Source of the DNA: Patescibacteria group bacterium
GTDB taxonomy: Bacteria; Patescibacteriota; Minisyncoccia; Phycocordibacterales; DATDWN01
Direction: 5' to 3'
NCBI GenBank assembly: GCA_040384485.1
Contig: JAZKJH010000003.1
Location: forward strand, 71,556 to 135,555
DNA: 64,000 bases
Shown here: piece by piece, positions 45,541 through 55,900 of the stretch
Position numbering within the stretch: position 1 is the stretch's first letter
Layout of the letters: each line of letters starts with the position of its first letter
Position numbers and translations under genes: made by a program
The notes under the pieces: model-generated
What the model saw: only the letters and a program-made list of their open reading frames with translations
The model's database searches: none
What the model was told of the DNA's origin: nothing

Positions 45541-48500
45541 CTATTCTTCTATCACTTCCACACTTCTCGTCGCATAACTCCAGTTCCCTCCTTCATCAAC
45601 AGCTGAGTAAACTACTGTATGGATAGTTTCCGTAGCTGTATCTAGTTGAATACTTTGTACATCTACTCCGTTTACATTGAAGTAAATTCCTAAGTTGTTG
45701 TTTGCATTGTTTTCATCATCTAGGTCTGTGACTGTTGCTCCTAGGTCAGAGTAGTTAGAGTTTAGTGGTATTTGAAGTATTGCACTTCCGGTTATACTTA
45801 TTACCGGTGGGATTGAATCGGTTGGGCCTTCAGGTTGTTCTTCTGGTTCATGTGACGGTTGGTTGTTTCCAGAGTTTGCGAGAAGTGAATCTAGTTGAGA
45901 TTTAGTTATACAAGTCTCCCCACTTTCGTCACTTACACAGACTTCTTTCGTTCTAATTCTGTTTGCGAAGAAATCCCCAATTCCGTTACTAGCATCTGCA
46001 AACCAAGATTTCAATTTGTCAGTTAGTGAAGTAAAGTGTGTTTCTATTGCACTGACAAAACTAGATACATAACCCTCTTCAGGTTCGACGAATTGGTATC
46101 CCAACTTTACAAAAGTTAGTATTTTATCTTTTTCAGAACTAGAGTCTTCCATGGCAACACCGATACTTTGTCCTGACTCTGTCATTTTCATGGCGTAACC
46201 AGTACGAGTCATAGAAGTAGTCAGGTAGTCCCCTACTTTTATAATTCCGTTCTCTTCTGAAATTTTTACAGGAACTCGTCCAGCTAGTGCCAAAGGATAA
46301 TCATTGTTATTCTTTTGTCCGAACTTTAACCCGCCTATTCCCAACGAAGTACCGATACCATCACCCAGTGTAATACCTGGTGCAGTGGATACAATACCAG
46401 CAAGAGTTGATGATGCGTTTCCTGCTTTCATGATTTTTTTGTCTCCACTCGGGTCAAACACCACCACATCTCCTGGTTCTAATATTTCATCACTTGGATA
46501 ATTTTCGGCTATATCGGCAGAACCATTGATTTTATAGACCATAATGCGCCAAGAATAACTAGGGCTTGTTAATGATGAAGCACTTTTATTAAGTCTCATG
46601 CTCCAAGATCCAGTCCAAGGTGTAGTAGCAGTAACTTGGGCACCAAACATCACTGGAATTGTAGCTGCTACATATGCAGGCTTACCCCATCCATTTACAC
46701 TAATTTGTGTGCTGGAGGTTGGGTCTGGTGACATATAAAATTCAGCGGAGCTGTACCATCTCACCCCCGTACTTTCAGACCATGCTCCTGGTTTTAATTC
46801 CCCAGAGTTAACTAGTGCCACACCATCTGAGTGATTAAGGCTAATCGTTGGAGTGCTTGCTGGAGAACGATCATCGTTAGTAGCAAAACTGTGTTCCACC
46901 ACAACAAATAATTTATCGTCGGAAGTAAGCCCTGTAATTGGGATATCTGCCACGTTCACTGAGGAGTTAGAGGTGCTTGTGCCCTCACTTATGGCGACGA
47001 GTTCCATTCCACCATGAGAAGTCACTGTTCCTGTAACATTCACATTGCCGTTTACATTTAATTTATAAGTCCCAGGGTCAGTAGTTCCAATACCAACATT
47101 TCCGGCAAAGTAATTATAAGCATTCGCATCAGAAGCATAGAAAGAATACTTGTTTGTTTGGGTTCCAGTTGTTATGTCTCCTATATATGCCCCGTAGGTA
47201 TTTGTTATGTTTCCAGTTGCATTTGTAAAGTCATCCACCCTCAAACCATACAAGTTTGTTATGGCTGCTGCATTAGCTGTTAAGTCCGCATCAAGTAAGG
47301 CAACATTTGTTGCCGTAAAATTTGCTGCAAATTGAGCGGCCCCATAAAGCCCTCTAGTTGTTGTGACTGTTGAACCTGCTCCACCTGATGACATTGAAAC
47401 AAACCCTAAGGCACCTGTAGCATTAGTAATAGTTGTAGATGCAGTTAAACTAACTTGGTTATATGAACCATATGTACTTGTGAGAATAGCCTCAGCATTA
47501 ATATTACTTAGACTCTCTGAACCAGTTATCCCGAAAAGTCTACCTGTGCCTTGATGGGCCACACTTGAATGTGTGCCTACCAATGTCATAGAACTGTGTC
47601 CAAAAGTACTACCAACTGGAGTAGAAATGTAGTTTTCTATTCCTCTATAAGTTCTTGCCCCGGAAGGATCCCCAGTTAGACTAACTTGAGTCTCAAACCA
47701 ATTTGATCTATAAGGAGACGATGCCGATGCTGGATTTGGATCTGTAATTATTTGTGTAGACAGTAACGCACCAACCCCTCCTGTAGCTCCTGTTATTTGT
47801 CCGGTGTATGTTTGCCAACTATCTAAGTTGTTTAGTGATAGTTTAGCTCCAGGAGTTGTTGTTCCAATACCAACATTTCCAGAACTATCTATTATCATTC
47901 GTTGGTTAACATCAGCCGAACCACCCGTGTAAAATCTCATATCTCCTCCAGCGTTGGTCGCAGATAAAGATAGACCACCTATACGTGAGCTGTTGATACG
48001 GATACTGTCTGCGATGGCTGCTCCTGTAGTGTTATAACCGGTTGAATACACACTTATTCCTCCAGCAGCGGCAGCTCCGTCGTTACCGAATTGTAGATTT
48101 GTTATAGCTGCACTACCTGAACTAGTATTGCGTGCTCTAAAAAATACATTATTACCGTCACTAGAATTCAAAAGACTAAGAAAAGCTGATGTGCTGTCAT
48201 ATGTTAGTGTCCCACCTATATCTAAAGTTGCTGTGGGGTTTGTTGTGCCAACTCCAATTCTTCCACTACCTTGTTGAACAACAAACTGATTTGTTCCAAC
48301 TGAAAATCCACCAGTCGAGATGGTTGAGGTTGCTATTGTAGATGTAGAAGTAAAATATGAGTTGATTATATTGTTACCAAGTATATCCCCTGCTACAGAA
48401 AGTTTTTGTCCTGGTGTTGTAGTGCCAATACCAACGTTACCGGCAAAGTAGTTTCTAAGGGCTGTAGATGCTTGATACAAACCAAATGCGTTTGTCCCCG

Positions 48501-49932
48501 CAATACTGTCTATATATACACCATATCCGTTAGTTATAGTTCCTCCTGTGTTTAGACCTTGAACATGCAGACCGTATGCAGATGTCACGTTTGCGCCTGC
48601 GTTGAAAGTTTGAGTGTATGCTTTAAGTCCTGCCATAGTAGATATGTCAGATGCTCCATCTACATACACTATTCCGTTAGCACCTACAGCTTGAGTTACA
48701 TCGCCTGTATTTTCTATATCCGCCAAAAACATTCCTCCAGTAATTGAGGATATTGTTCCCGTTCCCCAATAATCAGCTACCCCATACACGCCTCTTATGT
48801 CAGAGTTTGAGTTTTGAGAGTTTGTTGAAGGAACCTCTACAACACCTTGAAGTCCTGTTTTGATGTTTGAATTAGTTCCAGAATAATCAGCGACTAGTTT
48901 TGCATATGCACCAACTGTTCTATCACTAGCACTAGTAGTATTACCGTCTATATACATTATTGGAGCGACATTAGTCAAACCTTCAAACATAGTTGCCAAG
49001 CCTCCGGTTCCACTTCCTCTCAAATGAAATTGTGATGCTGGAGCCAATGTTCCCAAACCAATCCTTCCACTGTTCTGTTGAACAAGAAAATTATTTGTCC
49101 CGACCAATAATCCGCCAGTTGAAATGGTTGTGGTAGCTGTTGTAGATGTGGCGTTGAAACTTCCAAAAGTTGGGGTTGTTGTGGCCGATATGGTGCCAGA
49201 ACTATCGGTAGATAGCAGTGAGTTAGCAGATAATCCAGACAAAGTAAGACTAGCTACCGAAAAACTGTCAGCTGAAAGTGTTGTGGCATTAACCGAAACG
49301 CCGCTTATAGTTCCTCCGGAAATAGCTGTATTTGATATTGTTCCGTTTGATATTGTGGGATTACTAAATGTAACATTGGCTAAGTAATCTATCTTGTTGG
49401 TGTGAGCTATTTGTTGATACACGTTCGAGATAGGAGTATTAGAGCCAGAAGAAAAATTGTTTATTTTTTGTGACAATTCCGAAGCAAACTTGTTGTTTGT
49501 TTGGTTTAATGCAGACTGTAGATGTTCTGTGGTAACAAAATTATTTGATACAACCAACTTCTCAACCACTCTCTCAACAACAGGGTTAGTTATGTTTTGA
49601 GTTATATGTGTAGTGGTGGCTATTGAAGTAGGGATTGTTGGTGAAGTTGGGTTGTTTGAAGTCGGTTCGGAAGTGCTATATATAGTATTAGCAGTTTGAG
49701 CTCTATTGCTAGAGCCGATACTTGTTTCTATTTTTTGGGCAAATTTCGCACCAAAACTCTCGACGCTACTAAAAATACTTTTAATAAAACTTGTAACCTT
49801 TGCTCCGGATTCAAATACAGAGTTGATTGAAAAAGCTGCTGTTGGAGTTGGAGCGAAAATAATACAAAGAACTATCAACCCTGAGATGAGTTTGGTTGTT
49901 GCTCTATTCTTTTGTGTTTTAAATGTTTTCAT
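45541..49932 (-). CDS. Giant surface protein 2 (1463 aa), paralog of proteins 1 and 3; signal peptide, same conserved N-proximal and C-terminal DUF5011-like modules
   Basis: MKTFKTQKNRATTKLISGLIVLCIIFAPTPTAAFS signal; shares NPVVERVVEKLV, VYQQIAHTNKIDYLANVT, SLLSTDSSGTISATTTPTFGSFNATSTTATTTISTGGLLVGTNNFLVQQNSGRIGLGT and C-terminal IPPVISITGSAILQIPLNSNYSDLGATVTDLDDENN... with the other two. Confidence 0.85.
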   Translation of the reverse strand: MKTFKTQKNRATTKLISGLIVLCIIFAPTPTAAFSINSVFESGAKVTSFIKSIFSSVESFGAKFAQKIETSIGSSNRAQTANTIYSTSEPTSNNPTSPTIPTSIATTTHITQNITNPVVERVVEKLVVSNNFVTTEHLQSALNQTNNKFASELSQKINNFSSGSNTPISNVYQQIAHTNKIDYLANVTFSNPTISNGTISNTAISGGTISGVSVNATTLSADSFSVASLTLSGLSANSLLSTDSSGTISATTTPTFGSFNATSTTATTTISTGGLLVGTNNFLVQQNSGRIGLGTLAPASQFHLRGSGTGGLATMFEGLTNVAPIMYIDGNTTSASDRTVGAYAKLVADYSGTNSNIKTGLQGVVEVPSTNSQNSNSDIRGVYGVADYWGTGTISSITGGMFLADIENTGDVTQAVGANGIVYVDGASDISTMAGLKAYTQTFNAGANVTSAYGLHVQGLNTGGTITNGYGVYIDSIAGTNAFGLYQASTALRNYFAGNVGIGTTTPGQKLSVAGDILGNNIINSYFTSTSTIATSTISTGGFSVGTNQFVVQQGSGRIGVGTTNPTATLDIGGTLTYDSTSAFLSLLNSSDGNNVFFRARNTSSGSAAITNLQFGNDGAAAAGGISVYSTGYNTTGAAIADSIRINSSRIGGLSLSATNAGGDMRFYTGGSADVNQRMIIDSSGNVGIGTTTPGAKLSLNNLDSWQTYTGQITGATGGVGALLSTQIITDPNPASASSPYRSNWFETQVSLTGDPSGARTYRGIENYISTPVGSTFGHSSMTLVGTHSSVAHQGTGRLFGITGSESLSNINAEAILTSTYGSYNQVSLTASTTITNATGALGFVSMSSGGAGSTVTTTRGLYGAAQFAANFTATNVALLDADLTANAAAITNLYGLRVDDFTNATGNITNTYGAYIGDITTGTQTNKYSFYASDANAYNYFAGNVGIGTTDPGTYKLNVNGNVNVTGTVTSHGGMELVAISEGTSTSNSSVNVADIPITGLTSDDKLFVVVEHSFATNDDRSPASTPTISLNHSDGVALVNSGELKPGAWSESTGVRWYSSAEFYMSPDPTSSTQISVNGWGKPAYVAATIPVMFGAQVTATTPWTGSWSMRLNKSASSLTSPSYSWRIMVYKINGSADIAENYPSDEILEPGDVVVFDPSGDKKIMKAGNASSTLAGIVSTAPGITLGDGIGTSLGIGGLKFGQKNNNDYPLALAGRVPVKISEENGIIKVGDYLTTSMTRTGYAMKMTESGQSIGVAMEDSSSEKDKILTFVKLGYQFVEPEEGYVSSFVSAIETHFTSLTDKLKSWFADASNGIGDFFANRIRTKEVCVSDESGETCITKSQLDSLLANSGNNQPSHEPEEQPEGPTDSIPPVISITGSAILQIPLNSNYSDLGATVTDLDDENNANNNLGIYFNVNGVDVQSIQLDTATETIHTVVYSAVDEGGNWSYATRSVEVIEE

Positions 49933-49953
49933 GTTTTTGTTTGTGCTTATTTC

Positions 49954-52900
49954 CTACTCTCCACCTTCACCACCCTCTTCTGGTAATTCCTCTGGTGGAC
50001 CTTCGACCGTTTCTTCTATAACCTCCACCGTCCTAGTTGCATAACTCCAATTCCCTCCTTCATCCATAGCTGAGTAAACTATTGTATGGGTAGTTGTTGC
50101 ATTGGTAGATATAGATACTGAAAGCATATCTACTCCGTTTACATTGAAGTATATTCCTAGGTTATTGTTTGCATTGTTTTCATCATCTAGATCTGTGACG
50201 GTTGCTCCTAGATCTGAGTAATTAGAGTTTAGTGGGATTTGTAGGTTAGCACTTCCGGTTATGGTGATTACTGGTGGGATTGAGTCTCCTGATTCTGGGG
50301 TTTCTTCTTCCTCAGGTTCGTTGTTTTGTTCTTGCACCAAATCCAGCAAGGCTCTGATATCATCTTTTGTTAGACATTCGTCATCCACACAGATTTTCTC
50401 GTTTGCAGTAAACACGTTTGCAAACATATTCCCTATTCCGTTTGTTGTCTCACTAAACCATGCGACTAGTTTTGTTTTTATTCCTGTCCAGAAAGCGCTT
50501 GCAAAACCATCTGCCTCAGTTGTATTGGTTGTATTTATTCCAGCAATAGTTTCTAGGTTTAAATTCATCTCTTGAATTGATTTAACAATTAGCGGCGTTA
50601 TCCTTCCGTAATCAACTGCCCACATATCATCTGGATTTGCTGGAACACTAACTGCGGTTGGGTAAATATCATGTAGTTCTTGCGCAACAAAACCTGTTTG
50701 AGGAGTGTTGTTCAAGTCAGATGTCATTGTATAATCACGCACCTTTATTGCCATTAGATCGGAAAGTTTGTAATGCGTATCTACAATTCCTGATTTTGCT
50801 CTAACATCTGAAGTTGTGTTATATGTCGTAGCACTTCCAGTGTATGTGACAGAGCCCACTAGCTCACTGCCATCACCATCGTAGAAATACAGCAAGTTAC
50901 CTGCGCCACCGTTCGCGTGCTGTCCTGCGGCTATACCAACACCTCTAGCATCAGAATTATTTCCATCATTGTGAAAAAATGCTGCCCAGTTCGCAACCTC
51001 AGAAATTTTTACTTGTAATTGTCCTGCACCCACTGTTGGGGTTCCGACAGTAACATTGCCAGTGCTCAAAACAGTCATTAGTTCAGTAGATCCATCAAGA
51101 AAAGCCAGCCCTGCGATATCATCAGTAGCAGCTTCTCTTATAGTTGCCAAATTAAATGAATCGGTTCCACTAGTGTGAGTGAATCTTAGTTGAGTATTTC
51201 TCGCATTCGCAGCCCCACCACCAACCTCAACAGAAAGTTTTGCTCCTGGGGTGGTTGTTCCGATACCAACATTTCCGGCAAAATAGTTGTAAGCTCCCGT
51301 GTCAGAAGCGTAAAAAGAATAGGGGGTGTTGGTTTGAGTGCCAGTAGTTAAATCCCCCGCATAGTATGCGTAAGTATTGGTTATAGTACCGGAATTAGAT
51401 AGGACGCTGGCTTCGAAAAGATTCAGGGTAGTAACTGTTGATGCACTGGCGAACGTTGCTCTTGATCTTACACCTATCGCTGAGGTCACGGTACTACCTG
51501 TACTTGTTGGATTCAAAACTACTCCTGAGTCTAATCCTTGGAGAGTTGTTACTGTACCGGTGCCCGCAATAGATGCAGAAAATAAACCAGCTGAAACCAG
51601 AGATGCTGTTGCAGATCCTGCAAGTTGAGCGCTGGAATCTAAAGCTCTTATTGCGTTAACCTGCCCAGTACCTTGATGATAGGCGCCTATATGATTTCCT
51701 GTTAATGACAAGTTTGAATGACCAAAAGTACTCCCAACTGGTGTAGAAATATAAGTTTGAACACCTCTATATAGTCTGGATGATGAAGGATTCCCTGTTA
51801 AATTAATTTCAGTTTCAAACCAGTTTGATCTGTATGGACTTGCAACTACAGGGTCTGGGTCAGTTATAGTCTGAACAGATTTGAAAGCTCCAACACCACC
51901 ACTTACTGAAGCGGAAGTTATTTGGTTTGTGTAAGAACTCCAATTGTTCGTATTTGCGATATCTAATTTTGCACCAGGAGTAGTTGTTCCAATACCAACA
52001 CTTCCAGCAAAATAGTTTAATGTGTTATTGTCTGAAGCATATATTGAATACTCACTGCCAGATTGTGTTCCGTTTGTGATGTCTCCTATATACAGACCAT
52101 ATGTGTTACCTGCAATGGTTCCGAGGTTTGATAGATCCGCTACCTCAAAATGTTTGACGTCAGTAAGTAGGTTTGCACCTGCAGAACTCTGATAAAAAGT
52201 TGCTTTTACAACCGTGCTCGTTCCCATTGTTCCAATATTCGCACTAATAGCATTTAATGCCATTGAGGTTGTTGCAAAACCCAAACTTAAAGACCTGGCT
52301 CTGACACCATCCATATCTTTGTTGTAACCAGAGTTTATAAAAGTGAAGTCCCCTGCTCTTCCTGTGGTAATAGTTCCTCCAGCAGAGTTTGATACCCAAC
52401 CATAGGTACCGACAGCATCAGTTATTGTTCCTCCACCTGTGTTCAGAACTTCTCCGTAATTGGTCCATGCGCCACCAATAGTTCCAGTTCCTGCGTGTTT
52501 AACTGTGTTATACAAACCGTACATATATCCTCCATTTTGACTATTGCCACTGACAGTGCTCAATGCCAAACTTTGATTGAACACCGTGTTTGACCATGAA
52601 CTTGTTGGGTTAATGCTTGTGTATACCGCTGAGTTTGCAATACGAGTCACCCCGGAAGCGTATGACGGATCAGTTATTGTGGATGAGCTGATATTTCCAA
52701 TATTATACAAACTTCCGGAAGCTGGATTTGTGAAGGTAATATTTGTAGACGGTAAAACTGTGTTTACTATTGTTCCTCCAGTTGGTGCAACAGTTAGATT
52801 TCCATTTGTAGAAACTGTTAGTGATGTATAGTTGCTTGCATCGTAACCAAGACGAAGTTGTTCAGTGGTAGAAAGGGTGTGGAGTTTAGCCGCTGGTGTT

Positions 52901-55900
52901 GTTGTTCCGATACCAATCAACCCATTTGAAACCGGAGTAGAAGACATGCTACTTCCGTTATATATCCCTGTTGCATAAAGAACATTTCCTATGTTTAACT
53001 GCCTGCTTCCTGCCACAACAGGAACATCAACATTTGAACCGATAATTATATTGTTTGCGCCGGTGGTGTTTGAGTAACCAGACCTATATCCTAAAAAAAT
53101 ATTGTAATCAGACCCAGTTTGAACACTGTATCCGGATGCAGTTCCCATATATATTCCACCTTGATTTGTGTAATTGGCTCCATTGCCTGCTGCAGCTGAC
53201 ACTCCTATAGCAATATTTGATGTAGATTGTGTGTTTAATCCTAGTGACCCTTGGCCTATACCGATACTGTCTGATCCTGCAATGTTAGTGTTTAAGGAAA
53301 ACAAACCAATTGCGATGTTGGAATTTCCAGTTGTAACACCGAGGGTGCTGGGACCTATTGCAACGTTGTATGCACCGTTTGCTGATACCATAGAACTGTA
53401 TCCAATAGCGACATTCTCTCCGCCGCTTGTATTGCCTGCTAGTGCATTTACTCCCATAGATACGTTTCTACCTCCACTAACATTACTTATCAACGAACGG
53501 TATCCGACAGCTGTGTTATCGCTCGCCCCACTTGTAGAACCTCCTCCATATAGTCCAGCTTGATAACCAACAAAAGTGTTCCCTGTGGCTGCAGAGACAT
53601 TGTTTTTGCCCGCTTGATATCCCAGCTTTGTACTGAAAGTGGTGTTGCTAAAATCTATCAAATCGTAGACACTAATTAAGTTGTTTGGGGTTGTGGTTCC
53701 AATACCAACCCTACCCCCATTCGTCACTACAAAATTCGTCGCTGTAGACGAACCTATAGCAAAAGCCGGACCTGTGATTCCGTTTGGATTTATTGAGAGT
53801 TGGGCCCATGGAGTTGTGGTTCCAAACCCTGTAAAGCCTGTTAGGGATTTGGTTGTAAATACGGGGTTTGCAACATTCAGCAAAACAGATGCTGTGGTTG
53901 TGTTGTTGTTTGTGGTCACTATATCCAACTTTCCATTTCCGTCAAAATCCCCTAAAGCAACATAGAATGGGCCGTCACCTGTCGCATAATCAACTTTTGT
54001 AGCAAATGTTCCGTTTCCGTTGTTTATCAAAACCGAAACTGTATCTGAGCCATGGTTTGTTGAAACAATATCTACAAAACCATCTCCGTTTACGTCACCC
54101 AGGGCTATCCCAACACTTCCTGCGTTTGTATAGTCTACCCTAGCGGCAAATGTTCCGTTTCCGTTGTTTATAAAAACCGACACCCCACCACTTCGCATTA
54201 CCACAATATCCGCCTTTCCATCACCACTCAAATCAGCCGCTTTTACACTGTATTGCTCTCCTGGTACAGCGTATTCCACATCTGCTCCAAAAGTTCCATC
54301 GCCGTTATTCATCATTACTGCCATAGTAGCAGTGGTCCAGTCGTCAGTGGCAATATCCACGTATCCGTCTCCATTAAAATCTGCTGCTGCAAGACCTTGT
54401 GGTCTACCGGTAGCGGTGGTGTACTTTACTCTTGTTGCTAGAGTTCCATTCCCATTGTTCATATACACAGACACACCTGTGTCAAAATAACTTGCACTTG
54501 CCACATCAAGTTTTCCGTCTGCATTAAAGTCTGCTAAAGATAAGTTTTCTTCATAGGCTCCGCCTCCGTAATTAACTCTCGTAGCAAATGTTCCGTTGCC
54601 ATTGTTTAAATAAATAGCAACTCCGCTAGCACCACCTAGGGTAACTACCATATCCAACTTACCATCACCATTCATGTCCCCCAATGCCACAGCCGTTGGA
54701 ACACTACCTGTTGCTGCATAATCAACTTTTGTGGCGAATGTTCCGTTGCCATTGTTTATAAAAACTGACACAGTCTCACTCCCTCTGTTAACCACCACCA
54801 CATCATCTTTCCCATCACCGTTAACATCACCTGTTGTTACACCTAATGGACTGGTCCCGGTTGTGTAGTCAACTTTTGTGGCGAATGTTCCGCCTGAAGT
54901 TAGACTTATCTCCCCTGCTTTTATTGAGCCGATATTTACCAAGTTTCCAGATGAGGTTATTCTTTGAGAAATCGGCAACATTTCTGTCCCCCCTGTTCCT
55001 AACCCGCCAGATAGATTTAAATAACTATTAAACCCAACAGGTCCTGGAGAAATTGTTGAGCCGAAGGCTTTTGAAAGTATTATAGATTCTGCACCAACCC
55101 CTCCTCCAGCCACAGTAAGTTTTGATCTTGGGGTTGTTGTTCCTACGCCAATATTTCCAGTCGTGCCTTTTATGGTTAAACGTTCAGTCCCTTCTGTTTT
55201 AAACGCGTAGTCTGGACCGATTCCAAAACCAAGGGGTGGTGTGTCAAATGCACTCCAAACTCTTATTGTGTTTGTTGGAAAATCGAATTGTGTTAATCCG
55301 TCCTGCCTAATCTCACCTGGGGTACCGTCGAAATTTATTTTCCCAGCAACAACACCTCCTTTACCTAGAGTGAAAACTGCGGAGGAAGGATTAAAACTAA
55401 ATATAGTATCGTCTGATGAGTTTAGTATTGAAGCTGTGCCCTTTACTGTAAGTAGCCCTGTTGGGTTTACGGTTCCAATTCCAACATTTCCAGAGCTTGT
55501 TACAGAAAGGAAGGTTGATGCTGTGGAACCTATTGCAAAAGCTGGATCAGTAAGTCCTGTAGTATCTACTGAAAATTTTGCCCATGGGGTTGTTGTTCCA
55601 ACACCAACCTTTCCTGAAGTTGGATTCAAAACAACATTTCCTGCACTACCCTCTATAGAGATTCTAGTTGTTCCATTTGTGCCTATAGCTATTTGTTGTC
55701 CGGCTGAGTGGTCACTGATAGTAAAGTTATCAAAACCCAACCTTTCGTTTCTAACAAGAAATCCGTTGTTTGCATTGTTGTATCCAACTGACCAACCACT
55801 AGTAGCTCCTGTAAAAAATCTAACTTTTGCGTCATCTGTCTCAAGTGTTCTATTTATATATAAATTATTTTTAATTCCTACTGTTCCCTCTACAGCGAGT

